From an uncultured archaeon (GTDB lineage: Archaea; Iainarchaeota; Iainarchaeia; Iainarchaeales; CAZJHM01), in assembly GCA_964545925.1 (NCBI GenBank), contig CAZJHM010000001.1:1-59896 (forward strand): a stretch of 59,896 nucleotides of DNA, in the 5' to 3' direction. Below are positions 1 through 9,433 of the stretch, in pieces; positions within the stretch are counted from its first letter, which is position 1; each line of letters opens with the position of its first letter. The notes below the pieces were generated by a model. That model searched no databases, had not been told where the DNA came from, and worked only from the letters and a program-made list of their open reading frames with translations. A program made the position numbers and the translations under genes.

Positions 1-91
1 TTAAGACAATTGCTGCGACTAAGATTGCTCCTCCGATAATTAGTAGATATTCTAAAGAACCTTGATATTTTTCTTTGAGAAATTTAAGCAT
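1..91 (-). CDS. small protein with archaeal class III (type IV pilin-like) signal peptide; 3' end runs off the window
   Basis: Reverse-strand ATG at 91-89. Translation MLKFLKEKYQGSLEYLLIIGGAILVAAIVL... has a basic N-terminus, a QGS site and a hydrophobic helix. Absent from the ORF track because it is truncated. Confidence 0.5.
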   Translation of the reverse strand, partial: MLKFLKEKYQGSLEYLLIIGGAILVAAIVL

Positions 92-356
92 AAGATAATT
101 AGAATTAAGAGATTAAAAAGGATTTTCTTTTTGGGAAAAATGAAAAAATCCAAGAAAAAGTTTGTTTATATAGGAATATATACATAAACTGAAAATCAAA
201 GAGCAAAAAACCTTTATAAACCTTTCCAAATGAAAAATAGTTATATCCCTTAAATAACTCCTGAAGAAATTCAGGCACACTGTATCTGAAATAAAACTTT
301 TCGGATGTAAATGCCAAATCTATTTTAAGATTTAGGCAAAAAGGAGTATTGTTGGT

Positions 357-1361
357 ATGGCAACATTAAATAAACCAAGATCTGGTTCATTGGCATATTA
401 TCCAAGGAAAAAAGCAAAAAGGATTATGGCTAATTATAAGACTGCTCCTAAAACAGACAAATCAGAACCTATTTCAATAATGGGATATAAGGTAGGAATG
501 CTTCATATTATTGCTACTAATGTAAGAGACAAAAGCACTACAAAAGGAAGAAAAATAAATATTCCTTGTACTGTTATTGAAGTTCCTGATGTAAAGATTT
601 TTGGAATTAGATTTTTGAAAGATAAAAAACCAATTGCTGATATCTTGGCTGAGAAACAAGATAAAGAATTGAAAAGAAAAATAGTTGCACTTTTAAAGAA
701 AGGTAAAAAAAGATTAAAGAATGAAAAAGAAAAAAAAGGAAAGAAAATTGAAGACTGTATAGCAATTACAGATAATTTGAAATTATTGGCACATACAAAC
801 CCTGCAGAAACAGGAATTGGAAAAAAGAAGCCAGATGTTTTTGAGATAATAATCGGTGGAAAATTAGAAGATAAAATAAATTATGCAAAAGAAAAGTTAG
901 GGAAGACAATAAGTTTAACTGAAATATTTAAAGAAAAAGATTTAATTGACATAAGAGGAGTTACAAAAGGAAAAGGAATGCAAGGTCCAGTTAAAAGATT
1001 TGGTGTAAAAATACACAGACCTAAAGCAAAGAAACAAAGAATTGTTGGTTCTATTTCTCCTTGGCATCCAGCAACAATTATGTGGACTGTCCCAAGACCA
1101 GGACAAATGGGATTCCATACAAGAACAGAGTATAACAAGCAAATTCTTATGGTAGGAGATAAAAATTCAATTGAAAAAATAAATCCAAAAGGAGGATTTA
1201 AGAAATATGGAAATGTTAAAAATAATTTTTTGATTGTAACTGGTTCAGTAAGTGGCCCTAGCAAAAGAATTGTTGCAATAAGAAAAGCTTTGAGACCAAC
1301 CAAACCAAAACTTTTGGTTGATAAAATAGATTATATTTCTACAGGAGTTGAGACAGAATGA
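357..1361 (+). CDS. rpl3: 50S ribosomal protein L3 (uL3)
   Basis: N-terminus PRSGSLAYYPRKKA is typical of archaeal uL3. First gene of the conserved L3-L4-L23-L2 order. AAAGGAG lies upstream of the ATG. Confidence 0.95.
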   Translation: MATLNKPRSGSLAYYPRKKAKRIMANYKTAPKTDKSEPISIMGYKVGMLHIIATNVRDKSTTKGRKINIPCTVIEVPDVKIFGIRFLKDKKPIADILAEKQDKELKRKIVALLKKGKKRLKNEKEKKGKKIEDCIAITDNLKLLAHTNPAETGIGKKKPDVFEIIIGGKLEDKINYAKEKLGKTISLTEIFKEKDLIDIRGVTKGKGMQGPVKRFGVKIHRPKAKKQRIVGSISPWHPATIMWTVPRPGQMGFHTRTEYNKQILMVGDKNSIEKINPKGGFKKYGNVKNNFLIVTGSVSGPSKRIVAIRKALRPTKPKLLVDKIDYISTGVETE

Positions 1362-2149
1362 AGGCAAATATTCTTTCATTGGCTGGAAAAAAAGTAAGAG
1401 AAATTGAACTTCCAGAAGTTTTCAAAACACCTGTAAATACTAATTTGATAAAAAGAGATGTTCTAAGCACACAAAGTAAAAAAAAGCAACCAAAAGGCTC
1501 ATATCCAAGAGCTGGAAAAAATGCAGTTGTTATATACAGAGGTTACAGAGGATTGCCAACACCTGAAAGAAGTATTAATGTTGAAAAAGCAAGATTACCA
1601 AGAAGAAAAGACAAAAGACATTTATTATATGGAAATGTTGGAAGAGTTCCACAAGCAGTAGGAGGAAGAGCAGGACATCCACCAAAAGCTGAAAAAGTTA
1701 TTGCTGAAAAAATAAATAAAAAAGAAAGAAAAAAAGCAAGAGATTCAGCTATAGCTGCAACAGCAGACAAGAAATATGTAAAGAAAAGATATGGTATGGA
1801 ATTTGAAGTTCCTATTATTATTGAAACAGGAATAGAGAAATTAAAGAAAACAAAAGAAATAGAAGAAATACTTAAAGTACTGAAATTAGATAATATGGTT
1901 GAAAAAGCAAAAAATTACAGACAAGAAAGAGCAGGAAGAGGAAAAGCAAGAGGAAGAAAAAGAAAATCTAGAAAATATTTACTTTTAGTTTATGCGGATG
2001 AAAAAAGCGGATTAAAGAAAATAAGAAATATAGAAGGTTTGGAAACAATTGCAATTAGAAATATTAATACAAATAGTTTGGCTCCAGGAGCAGAACCAGG
2101 AAGATTAGTTATATGGAGTGAAGAAGCAATAAAGAGGATGATGAAATGA
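1358..2149 (+). CDS. rpl4: 50S ribosomal protein L4 (uL4)
   Basis: PQAVGGRAGHPPKAEK motif; 4-nt overlap with rpl3; synteny. Confidence 0.93.
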   Translation: MKANILSLAGKKVREIELPEVFKTPVNTNLIKRDVLSTQSKKKQPKGSYPRAGKNAVVIYRGYRGLPTPERSINVEKARLPRRKDKRHLLYGNVGRVPQAVGGRAGHPPKAEKVIAEKINKKERKKARDSAIAATADKKYVKKRYGMEFEVPIIIETGIEKLKKTKEIEEILKVLKLDNMVEKAKNYRQERAGRGKARGRKRKSRKYLLLVYADEKSGLKKIRNIEGLETIAIRNINTNSLAPGAEPGRLVIWSEEAIKRMMK

Positions 2150-2424
2150 GTTCATTAGAAAAAGCAATTGGAAGAAATACAGTAAAATATCCAATGGTTA
2201 CTGAAAAGAATATGAATGCTTTGGAACAAGAAAATAAAATTACATTTATAGTTGATAAAAAAGCAACAAAAAAGGAAATAAAAGAAGATGTTGAAAGAGA
2301 ATTTAATGTAAAGATAGAAAAAATAAATCTTCTAAACGATATGAAAGGAAGAAAAAAAGCAATTGTAAAACTTAAAAAAGAATATAAAGCTTCAGATTTA
2401 GCAACTAAATTAAAGATGGTGTAA
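2146..2424 (+). CDS. rpl23: 50S ribosomal protein L23 (uL23)
   Basis: 92 aa with YPMVTEKNMN...ITFIVDKKATKKEIK pattern; synteny. Confidence 0.92.
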   Translation: MSSLEKAIGRNTVKYPMVTEKNMNALEQENKITFIVDKKATKKEIKEDVEREFNVKIEKINLLNDMKGRKKAIVKLKKEYKASDLATKLKMV

Positions 2425-3132
2425 ATGGGTAAACGTCTAATACAACAAAGAAGAGGAAAAGGAGGAACTAGATATATTGCTGTGAAAAGAAATGTTGCTG
2501 TGAAATATTTACCTGAACAAGAAGGATATTTGAAAGGAGAAATAACAGATATATTTAATGATATAGGAAGACCAGTTCCAATTGCTGAAATAATATTTGA
2601 AAACGGAAAAAAGATGTATAATTTAGCACCTGAAGGAATGTTTGTTGGACAAAAAATAGAAATAGGGGAAAAAGTCCAAATAGAAATTGGAAACACATGT
2701 TCATTAAAAAATATTCCAGAAGGATGTCCTATCTATAATATTGAATTAAATGTAAATGATGGCGGAAAGTTAATAAAAGCTGGAGGAACATATGCTCTTT
2801 TGGTTGCAAAAGACGAAAGATATGCTTACATAAAATTAAGAAGTGGAAAAAGTAAGAAAATTCCACTAACTGCAAGAGCAACAATTGGAAATATCGCAGG
2901 TTCAGGAAGAAGAGACAAACCAATGATAAAAGCAGGAGTTAAATTCTTCTCCAAAAAAGCAAAACATAAGAAACATGTCACAGTTAGAGGAGTTGCAATG
3001 AATGCAACAAACCACCCATTTGGAGGAGGACAACATCATCCTGGAAAGAGTAAAAGTACAGCAAGAAATGCTCCACCAGGAAGAAAGGTTGGTGCAATTG
3101 CTTCAAAAAGAACAGGAAGGAGGAAGAAGTAA
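2425..3132 (+). CDS. rpl2: 50S ribosomal protein L2 (uL2)
   Basis: GGGQHHPGKSKSTARNAPPGRKVG C-terminal signature. Confidence 0.96.
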   Translation: MGKRLIQQRRGKGGTRYIAVKRNVAVKYLPEQEGYLKGEITDIFNDIGRPVPIAEIIFENGKKMYNLAPEGMFVGQKIEIGEKVQIEIGNTCSLKNIPEGCPIYNIELNVNDGGKLIKAGGTYALLVAKDERYAYIKLRSGKSKKIPLTARATIGNIAGSGRRDKPMIKAGVKFFSKKAKHKKHVTVRGVAMNATNHPFGGGQHHPGKSKSTARNAPPGRKVGAIASKRTGRRKK

Positions 3133-3525
3133 ATGGCAAAAGAATTTACCTTTAAAGGAAAGACAATTGAACAATTGGAAAGAATGTCTTTGGAAGAGTT
3201 CTCTGTATTGGTTCCTGCAAGAGCCCGCAGAACTTTAAAAAGACAAGGTTTAGATAAACAAATATTAAAGAAAATTGAACAATCAAAAAAATCAAATGGA
3301 AAGAAAATGGTAAGGACACACAGAAGAGATTTGATAATTGTTCCACAATTTGTCGGAGCAAAATTTGCTATTTACAGAGGAAATGAATTTCAAATTGTAG
3401 AAATACAAAATGAAATGTTAGGACATTATTTAGGAGAATATGTTTTAACTAGAAAACGCTTACAACATGGAAAGGCTGGAATAGGTGCAACAAAATCAAG
3501 CACAGCTTCAGCAACAAGAAAGTGA
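3133..3525 (+). CDS. rps19: 30S ribosomal protein S19 (uS19)
   Basis: 130 aa with TFKGKTIEQL...RRTLKR and GHYLGEYVLTRK motifs; synteny. Confidence 0.94.
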   Translation: MAKEFTFKGKTIEQLERMSLEEFSVLVPARARRTLKRQGLDKQILKKIEQSKKSNGKKMVRTHRRDLIIVPQFVGAKFAIYRGNEFQIVEIQNEMLGHYLGEYVLTRKRLQHGKAGIGATKSSTASATRK

Positions 3526-3529
3526 TAAA

Positions 3530-3997
3530 ATGAAAAAAAATTATAACTACAAAGATAAAGAAGGAGAAAAAACAGCAAAAGCAAGATTAAGCAATGCTCC
3601 TTTGTCTTTGAAGTTCAGCACAGAATTTGGAAGAGAATTAAAGGGAATGAAAACAAAGAAAGCAATTGCATTCTTGGAAAGAATAATTGAAGAAAAAGAT
3701 TTCCTTCCTTTAAAGAAATATCATGGAAAAGTTGCACATAGAAAAGGAGAAGCTAAATCAGGAGTAAAATCAGGAAGATATCCAAAAAATACAACAAAAG
3801 AATTGATAAAACTTATAAAAAATGTTGAGGCAAATGCAGATGCAAAAGGAATGGATAAAGAAAATTTGATTATTCTTCATATGCATGCTTGCCAAGGATT
3901 AAAAAGAATTTTCCATCAGGCAAAAGGAAAGATTGGCGGAAAAGCAAGAATACATAAATCAACAAATGTGGAAATAACTGTGAGGGAAAATAAATGA
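3530..3997 (+). CDS. rpl22: 50S ribosomal protein L22 (uL22)
   Basis: Track ORF is 3485-3997. The ATG at 3530, just after the rps19 stop, gives MKKNYNYKDKEGEKTAKARLSNAPLSLKF. Synteny supports the call. Confidence 0.9.
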   Translation: MKKNYNYKDKEGEKTAKARLSNAPLSLKFSTEFGRELKGMKTKKAIAFLERIIEEKDFLPLKKYHGKVAHRKGEAKSGVKSGRYPKNTTKELIKLIKNVEANADAKGMDKENLIILHMHACQGLKRIFHQAKGKIGGKARIHKSTNVEITVRENK

Positions 3998-4827
3998 TAG
4001 AAAAACAGTTTGTAAGTAAGACATTAGGAAGAGTCAAACTTAAGAAATTCTTGGACAAGATATTGGACAAGGCAGGGTTGGTAGATATAGAATTAATCAA
4101 AACCCCTTTAGTTACAAGAATTATACTTTATGTTACAAGACCTGGATTTGCAATTGGAAAAGGTGGAAAAAATATAAGAGTATTATCAGAAGCATTAAAG
4201 AAAGAATATGGAATTGACAATCCACAAATTGAAATTGAACCTGTGAAAGATGCAAGATTAAATGCAAAGGTTGTTGCAGATAAAATAAAAAATATGATTG
4301 AATCAGGACAAAATTGGAGAAATGTTGCATTTAAAGCAGCAAGAGATTTACAAACAGCAAATGCACAAGGATTTGAAATACTAATGGCTGGAGCTTTGGG
4401 AGGAAAAGGACAAAGAAAAAGAAAGCATAGAATAGTTGAAGGATATATGAAAAAAGTTGGAGAGCAAATATCAATGGTAGACCATGCTCAAGTACATTCA
4501 TTTACAAAAATAGGTGTAATAGGAATAAAAGTCAGTATAATTAAACCAAATATTATTTTCCCAGATAAGGTAAATATTGTTGAAAAAATAAAAAAGAAAA
4601 TGGAAAATGAAACAATAAAAGACATAAAAGAAGCTCAAGAAATTGAAAAAGCAAAAGAAGAAATAATTCAAGCAGTTGAAAAATCAAAAGATGAAGAGAA
4701 AAAAACTGAAGAACCAAAAAAAGAAGATAAACCAAAAATAGAGAAAAAACCAAAAAAAGCAAAGCCTGTAAAGAAAAGTGAAGAGAAAAAATCTGTGAAA
4801 GAAAAGAAAGAGGAAGATAAGAAATGA
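3994..4827 (+). CDS. rps3: 30S ribosomal protein S3 (uS3) with long K/E-rich C-terminal tail
   Basis: KH-domain motif RPGFAIGKGGKNIR; synteny. The last ~80 aa are lysine/glutamate low-complexity sequence. Confidence 0.94.
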   Translation: MIEKQFVSKTLGRVKLKKFLDKILDKAGLVDIELIKTPLVTRIILYVTRPGFAIGKGGKNIRVLSEALKKEYGIDNPQIEIEPVKDARLNAKVVADKIKNMIESGQNWRNVAFKAARDLQTANAQGFEILMAGALGGKGQRKRKHRIVEGYMKKVGEQISMVDHAQVHSFTKIGVIGIKVSIIKPNIIFPDKVNIVEKIKKKMENETIKDIKEAQEIEKAKEEIIQAVEKSKDEEKKTEEPKKEDKPKIEKKPKKAKPVKKSEEKKSVKEKKEEDKK

Positions 4828-5021
4828 AAACTAAGCAGATAAGAGAAATGGCAAAAGAGGAAATAATCAATAGTATAAAGAAAGATAAAGAAGAGCTTCA
4901 GAAAGAATTAGGGCAAAAAGAAAGAGGAATAAGACCTGAAAAACCAAAGAGAATTAATGCTTTAAAGAAAGATATTGCAAGAAAACTTACAATATTAAAA
5001 GAAAAAGAGGTGAAGAAATAG
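4824..5021 (+). CDS. rpl29: 50S ribosomal protein L29 (uL29)
   Basis: 65 aa, MKTKQIREMAKEEI...; synteny after S3. Confidence 0.9.
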   Translation: MKTKQIREMAKEEIINSIKKDKEELQKELGQKERGIRPEKPKRINALKKDIARKLTILKEKEVKK

Positions 5022-5023
5022 GA

Positions 5024-5329
5024 ATGGATGATATATGCCCAAAATGTGGGTTGCCGAAAAGCATTTGTGTCTGCACAGAAATAACAAAAGAAGACCAGCA
5101 GATAACAATCAAAAAAGATGCTAAAAGATTTGGTAAGATTGTGACAATAATCTCAGGATTGGACAAAAGTTCTGATACAAAAGGATTGATAAAAGAATTG
5201 AAGAGAAAATTTGCTTGCGGCGGAACACTAAAAAACAATGAAATCATCTTACAAGGAGACCATAAAGACAAGACAAAGGATTTCCTAATAAGTAAAGGAT
5301 ATAAACAAAGTTCAATTGTGGTAAAATGA
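5024..5329 (+). CDS. translation initiation factor aSUI1 (eIF1 family)
   Basis: N-terminal CPKCG...CVC zinc knuckle plus the SUI1 core KRKFACGGTLKNNEIILQGDHKDK. Confidence 0.9.
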   Translation: MDDICPKCGLPKSICVCTEITKEDQQITIKKDAKRFGKIVTIISGLDKSSDTKGLIKELKRKFACGGTLKNNEIILQGDHKDKTKDFLISKGYKQSSIVVK

Positions 5330-5562
5330 TAACAAAAAAAGATGAATTTATTGGAGAAAAAATAGAAATAATAAAAAGCACAGACATAAACAAAAAGGGC
5401 ATAAAGGGATTAATTGTTGATGAAACAAAAAATCTGTTCATTCTTATAACCGAGGATGGGGAAAAAAGAATTCCAAAAAAAGAAATAACCTTCAAGATAA
5501 AAGGACAAATATTTGAAGGTAGGGAACTTCTGAAAAGACCTTGGGAGAGAATTAAAATTTAG
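5326..5562 (+). CDS. rnp1: RNase P protein component 1 (Rpp29/Pop4)
   Basis: 78 aa with IGEKIEIIKSTD...GIKGLIVDETKNLFILIT, an Sm-like barrel pattern. Conserved position between SUI1/L29 and S17. Confidence 0.8.
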   Translation: MITKKDEFIGEKIEIIKSTDINKKGIKGLIVDETKNLFILITEDGEKRIPKKEITFKIKGQIFEGRELLKRPWERIKI

Positions 5563-5572
5563 GTGAAATAAA

Positions 5573-5863
5573 ATGGATGAAAAATGTAATGATAAAAGAT
5601 GTCCCATACACGGGGAAACAAGTATAAGAGGAAATATCCTAAGAGGAAAAGTTTTGAGTGCAAAAGCAGATAAGACAGTAACTGTTGAACAAGAAATAAC
5701 ACATTACATTAAAAAATATGAAAGATATATGAAAAAGAAAACAAAAATACATGCACATAATCCTAAATGCATAAATGCAAAAGAAGGAGATATTGTGGAA
5801 ATAGGAGAGACAAAAAAATTAAGTAAGACAAAAAATTTTATTGTTCTAAAGGTGATTAAATGA
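5573..5863 (+). CDS. rps17: 30S ribosomal protein S17 (uS17)
   Basis: CNDKRCPIHGETSIRG...KTVTVEQE motif; AGGTGA upstream. Confidence 0.93.
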   Translation: MDEKCNDKRCPIHGETSIRGNILRGKVLSAKADKTVTVEQEITHYIKKYERYMKKKTKIHAHNPKCINAKEGDIVEIGETKKLSKTKNFIVLKVIK

Positions 5864-6258
5864 AAGCAATTAGTGCAAAAATGACAAAGACATTACAGCA
5901 AGGAACATATATGACATGTGCAGATAATAGTGGAGCAAAAATTGTCAAACTTATTTCAGTTTATAATTATAAAGGAAAAAAAAGAAGACATCCAACAGCA
6001 GGAATAGCAGACAAAGTTCAAGTTGTTGTAAAGAAAGGAAAACCTGATATGAGAAAAAAAGTTGAAAAAGCAGTTGTTGTAAGAGTTACAAAAGAATATA
6101 GAAGAACAGATGGAATAAGAATAAAATTTGAAGATAATGCAGTTGTTCTTATAGATGATAAAGGACTCCCAAAAGCAAGTGAAATAAAAGGAGTAGTTGC
6201 AAAAGAAGTTGGGGAAAGATGGCCAAAGATAGCAAGCACAGCCCCAGTTGTTGTTTAA
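5860..6258 (+). CDS. rpl14: 50S ribosomal protein L14 (uL14)
   Basis: 132 aa with CADNSGAK...IKFEDNAVVLID motifs. Confidence 0.95.
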   Translation: MKAISAKMTKTLQQGTYMTCADNSGAKIVKLISVYNYKGKKRRHPTAGIADKVQVVVKKGKPDMRKKVEKAVVVRVTKEYRRTDGIRIKFEDNAVVLIDDKGLPKASEIKGVVAKEVGERWPKIASTAPVVV

Positions 6259-6268
6259 GGTGTTAAAA

Positions 6269-6637
6269 ATGAATCCAAAAAGTAGTAAACCAAGAAAACA
6301 AAGGAAATGGATGGCAAACAAACCATTGCATCAAAAAGGAAAAGATTTGAGAGCTCCTTTGGATAAGAAACTTAGAGAAAAATTTAGAAAGAGAAGTTTA
6401 ACAATAAGAAAAGGGGATGAAGTAGAGGTAAGAAAAGGTTCAAATAAAGGAAAGAAAGGAAAAGTTGTAAAAGTTTCTTCAGAAAAAGGTTTTGTTTATA
6501 TTGAAAAAGTTGTCAGAAAAAAGATAAACGGAGAGGAAATTATGATTCCTTTCAGAGCAGAAAATTTAAAAATAATTGTTCCTGAAACAAGCGATTCAAA
6601 AAGAATAAAGAAAAAAGGTGAAAAGAATGGCAAATAA
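6269..6637 (+). CDS. rpl24: 50S ribosomal protein L24 (uL24)
   Basis: Track ORF is 6248-6637. The ATG at 6269 is preceded by AAGGTG. KOW motif IRKGDEVEVRKGSNKGKKGKV. Confidence 0.9.
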   Translation: MNPKSSKPRKQRKWMANKPLHQKGKDLRAPLDKKLREKFRKRSLTIRKGDEVEVRKGSNKGKKGKVVKVSSEKGFVYIEKVVRKKINGEEIMIPFRAENLKIIVPETSDSKRIKKKGEKNGK

Positions 6638-7343
6638 AGGAGAAAGAAAAAAACAAAAAAGAATAAGTCAGGAAAAACATGTGAGAATAAAAAGGAAAGA
6701 ATTTGCTTGGACAATAAGAACAATCTCAGGGGGATACAGAAAAGATGAAGCAATAGCACTTGGAATAGTTTTAAGAGAAGTAATTGGAAAAGCAAAGAAT
6801 CTTAGAGAAGTAAAAGCAATGCTTCAAAAAGGAATTGTTAAAATTGATGGAAAAACAAGAAGAGATTACAGATTACCAATCGGACTTTTCTCAGTAATTG
6901 ATTTAGAGGAAGAAACATATAGATTAATTGTTGATCAAAAAGGAAGATTTATAGTTGAGAAAATAAAGAAAACAGATGAAAAAATAATAGAAGTTTATTC
7001 AAAGAAAAAAATAAAAGAAGGAAAAATAAATTTGAAATTTAATGATGGAACAAATATAGTAGTAGAAAAAACTGCTCTGAAGGTTGGAGATTGTGTGCTT
7101 TATGATTTTGCAAACGGAAAGATAAAAGAAGAAATTCCATTTGAGAAAAATTCTATTGTATATATATACAAAGGAGTTAACAGTGGAAAGATTGGAAAAA
7201 TAAAAGAAATAATAGAATCTAACCAAAAAAAGAAAAAGATAATCACTTTGCAAATAGGAGAAAAAGAAATACAGACAATCAAAGACAAAGTTATAGTTAT
7301 AGGCAAAACAAAACCTGTTTTAGAGATTGGTGAAAAGAAATGA
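6627..7343 (+). CDS. rps4e: 30S ribosomal protein S4e (eS4)
   Basis: Track ORF starts at the GTG at 6618. The ATG at 6627 gives MANKGERKKQKR, and AAGGTG lies 6 nt upstream. Confidence 0.92.
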   Translation: MANKGERKKQKRISQEKHVRIKRKEFAWTIRTISGGYRKDEAIALGIVLREVIGKAKNLREVKAMLQKGIVKIDGKTRRDYRLPIGLFSVIDLEEETYRLIVDQKGRFIVEKIKKTDEKIIEVYSKKKIKEGKINLKFNDGTNIVVEKTALKVGDCVLYDFANGKIKEEIPFEKNSIVYIYKGVNSGKIGKIKEIIESNQKKKKIITLQIGEKEIQTIKDKVIVIGKTKPVLEIGEKK

Positions 7344-7840
7344 AAGAAATAAAAATTGAAAAAGTAACCCTGAACATGGGAGTAGGTCCAAATCCTGATG
7401 ATATGAAAAAAGGAAAGCAGATTATTCAGTCAATCAGTGGAGGAAGAAAACCAATAGAAACAGAAGCAAAAGTAAGATTGCCTACATGGGGAATAAGACC
7501 AGGACTTCCAATAGGATTAAAAATTACATTAAGAAGAAAAGAAGCAAGAGATTTTTTAATTACTGCATTGAAAACAAAAGAAAACAAAATTAAAAATCAG
7601 AGTTTTGACAATGCTGGAAATTTTGGATTTGGAATAAGAGAACATATTGATTTACCAGGAGTAAAATATGATCCAAAAATAGGAATAAAAGGATTGGATA
7701 TATTAGTGACACTTGAAAGAAAAGGTTATTCTATAAAAAGAAGAAAAATAAAAAAATCAAAAATAGGAAAAAATCATATAATCAGCAAACAAGAAGCAAT
7801 AGATTTTATGAAAAAAGAGTTTGGAGTTGAAGTTATATGA
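7340..7840 (+). CDS. rpl5: 50S ribosomal protein L5 (uL5)
   Basis: 166 aa, [11 protein letters not shown]...[14 protein letters not shown]. Confidence 0.94.
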   Translation: MKEIKIEKVTLNMGVGPNPDDMKKGKQIIQSISGGRKPIETEAKVRLPTWGIRPGLPIGLKITLRRKEARDFLITALKTKENKIKNQSFDNAGNFGFGIREHIDLPGVKYDPKIGIKGLDILVTLERKGYSIKRRKIKKSKIGKNHIISKQEAIDFMKKEFGVEVI

Positions 7841-8007
7841 GTATAAATAAAGAGAAAAAAGAAAAAGTAATGATTAAAAAAAGAGAAAGAAGATGCAAAC
7901 TCTGTGGAAAAGGAAAAGGAAACATAATAAGAAAATACAATATTAATCTTTGTAGACAGTGTTTTAAGGAACATGCAATGGAGTTGAAATTTAAGAAATA
8001 TCAATAG
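7837..8007 (+). CDS. rps14: 30S ribosomal protein S14 type Z (uS14)
   Basis: 56-aa ORF, below the track cutoff, read by hand: [56 protein letters not shown]. CxxC...CxxC zinc ribbon. Expected position between L5 and S8. Confidence 0.9.
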   Translation: MSINKEKKEKVMIKKRERRCKLCGKGKGNIIRKYNINLCRQCFKEHAMELKFKKYQ

Positions 8008-8019
8008 CAGGTGAAAAAA

Positions 8020-8409
8020 ATGAGTAGAGATGTTATAGCAGATGCATTGGTTCATATAACAAACAGCGAAAAAGCCGCAAAGACAGAATGCAGATTTAAG
8101 CCTGCTTCAAAACTTTTGGGAGAAGTTCTCAAACTTCTACAAAAAGAAGGATATATTGGAGAGTTTGAATATATAGAAAATAAAAAAGGCGGCGAATATG
8201 TGATTCAATTACAAGGAAAAATAAACATGTCCAAAGCAATAAAACCAAGATATGCTGTTAAGAAAGATGATATTGAAAAATTTGAAAAAAGTTTTTTGCC
8301 AGCATTTGATATCGGGATATTAATAATCTCCACTCCACAAGGAGTTATGACAAACAAAGAAACAAAGAAAAAAGAGATAGGAGGAAGGTTGATTGCTTAT
8401 GTCTATTAA
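8020..8409 (+). CDS. rps8: 30S ribosomal protein S8 (uS8)
   Basis: Track ORF starts at the GTG at 8011. The ATG at 8020 gives [19 protein letters not shown], preceded by CAGGTGA. Confidence 0.93.
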   Translation: MSRDVIADALVHITNSEKAAKTECRFKPASKLLGEVLKLLQKEGYIGEFEYIENKKGGEYVIQLQGKINMSKAIKPRYAVKKDDIEKFEKSFLPAFDIGILIISTPQGVMTNKETKKKEIGGRLIAYVY

Positions 8410-8941
8410 AATTGAAAGAAAAGTCGTATTGCCACAAGGAATAACAGCTGAAATAAAGGGGCTTAATATAAAGATTCAAGGCCCAAAAGGAACAGTTGAA
8501 AGACAATTCAGGGCAACAGGAATAGAGATACTTAAAGGGGAAAATGAACTGATTGTTAAAGGAAATGAAAAAAAGAAAGTAATTGGGGCAAAAGCAGGAG
8601 CATTACAAGCACACTTAAAAAATATGGTTGATGGTGCAGAAAAAGGATTTATTTCAAAACTTGCAGTTGTTTATAGTCACTTCCCAATGAATGTTTCAGT
8701 AAAGGAAAACAGAGTAGAAATAACAAACTTCACAGGAGAAAAACAACCAAGAATAGCAAAAATTGTATTAGGAACAAAAGTCAGCATAAAGGGAAAAGAC
8801 ATAACAGTTGAAGGAAATGATATTGAAGCTGTTGGACAGACAGCTGCAAACATGGAACAAGCTACAAAAGTCAGAAACAAAGATAGAAGAATTTATTTTG
8901 ATGGAATTTATATTACTGAAAAAGCCCATAAGGTGTTGTAA
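8399..8941 (+). CDS. rpl6: 50S ribosomal protein L6 (uL6)
   Basis: ATG at 8399 (track uses the TTG at 8393). ...[21 protein letters not shown]...; synteny. Confidence 0.93.
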   Translation: MSIKIERKVVLPQGITAEIKGLNIKIQGPKGTVERQFRATGIEILKGENELIVKGNEKKKVIGAKAGALQAHLKNMVDGAEKGFISKLAVVYSHFPMNVSVKENRVEITNFTGEKQPRIAKIVLGTKVSIKGKDITVEGNDIEAVGQTAANMEQATKVRNKDRRIYFDGIYITEKAHKVL

Positions 8942-9433
8942 ATGGATGAAATAAAGAAAATTGCGCAAAAAATAAAGAAAAAACAGAAACTACCTGTTTT
9001 CAGAGGAAGATTTGGAAAGCGCAAACTAAGAAGAAGAAGCAAAGAAAAATGGAACAAATGGAGAAGACCAAGAGGAACAGATATATTATTAAGAAAAGAT
9101 GATGGTTCAATTCCAAAAATAGGATACAGTAGACCTTCAGAAATAAGAGGTTTTCATCCAAGTGGAATGGAAATAATTTATATTGGGACACCAAAAGAAC
9201 TTGAAAATATAGGAAAAGAAAAAATAGTTGTAATTAAAGGAAAAGTTGGTGGGAAAAAAAGAATAGAAATAGTAAAAAAAGCTGAAGAATTAGGAATTAA
9301 AGTTTCAAACAAAGGAAAACAAAAAGAAGAAAAGAAAATTAAGGAAAAACCAAAAATTGAAGAAAAGATAAAGAAAGAAACAGTCAAAAAAGAAGAAAAG
9401 CCAAAAAAGGTGAAAAAGAATGCATCTAAATAA
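8942..9433 (+). CDS. rpl32e: 50S ribosomal protein L32e (eL32) with K-rich C-terminal tail
   Basis: FRGRFGKRKLRRRSKEKWNKWRRPRGTD signature. Confidence 0.92.
   Translation: MDEIKKIAQKIKKKQKLPVFRGRFGKRKLRRRSKEKWNKWRRPRGTDILLRKDDGSIPKIGYSRPSEIRGFHPSGMEIIYIGTPKELENIGKEKIVVIKGKVGGKKRIEIVKKAEELGIKVSNKGKQKEEKKIKEKPKIEEKIKKETVKKEEKPKKVKKNASK

Noticed and set aside
105-317. 70-aa minus-strand ORF in the region upstream of rpl3
   Set aside because: The composition is F/Y/K-rich and typical of translated AT-rich intergenic DNA. There is no motif, and it lies in the promoter/leader region between the divergent pilin-like gene and rpl3.
2109-2696. 195-aa ORF antisense to rpl23/rpl2. The same applies to the similar antisense ORFs at 881-1303, 10524-11132, 15365-15874, 17342-17845, 25810-26358 and 40830-41345.
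   Set aside because: All lie opposite strongly supported conserved genes. All have the F/L/S/I-rich composition expected from the reverse complement of A-rich coding sequence.
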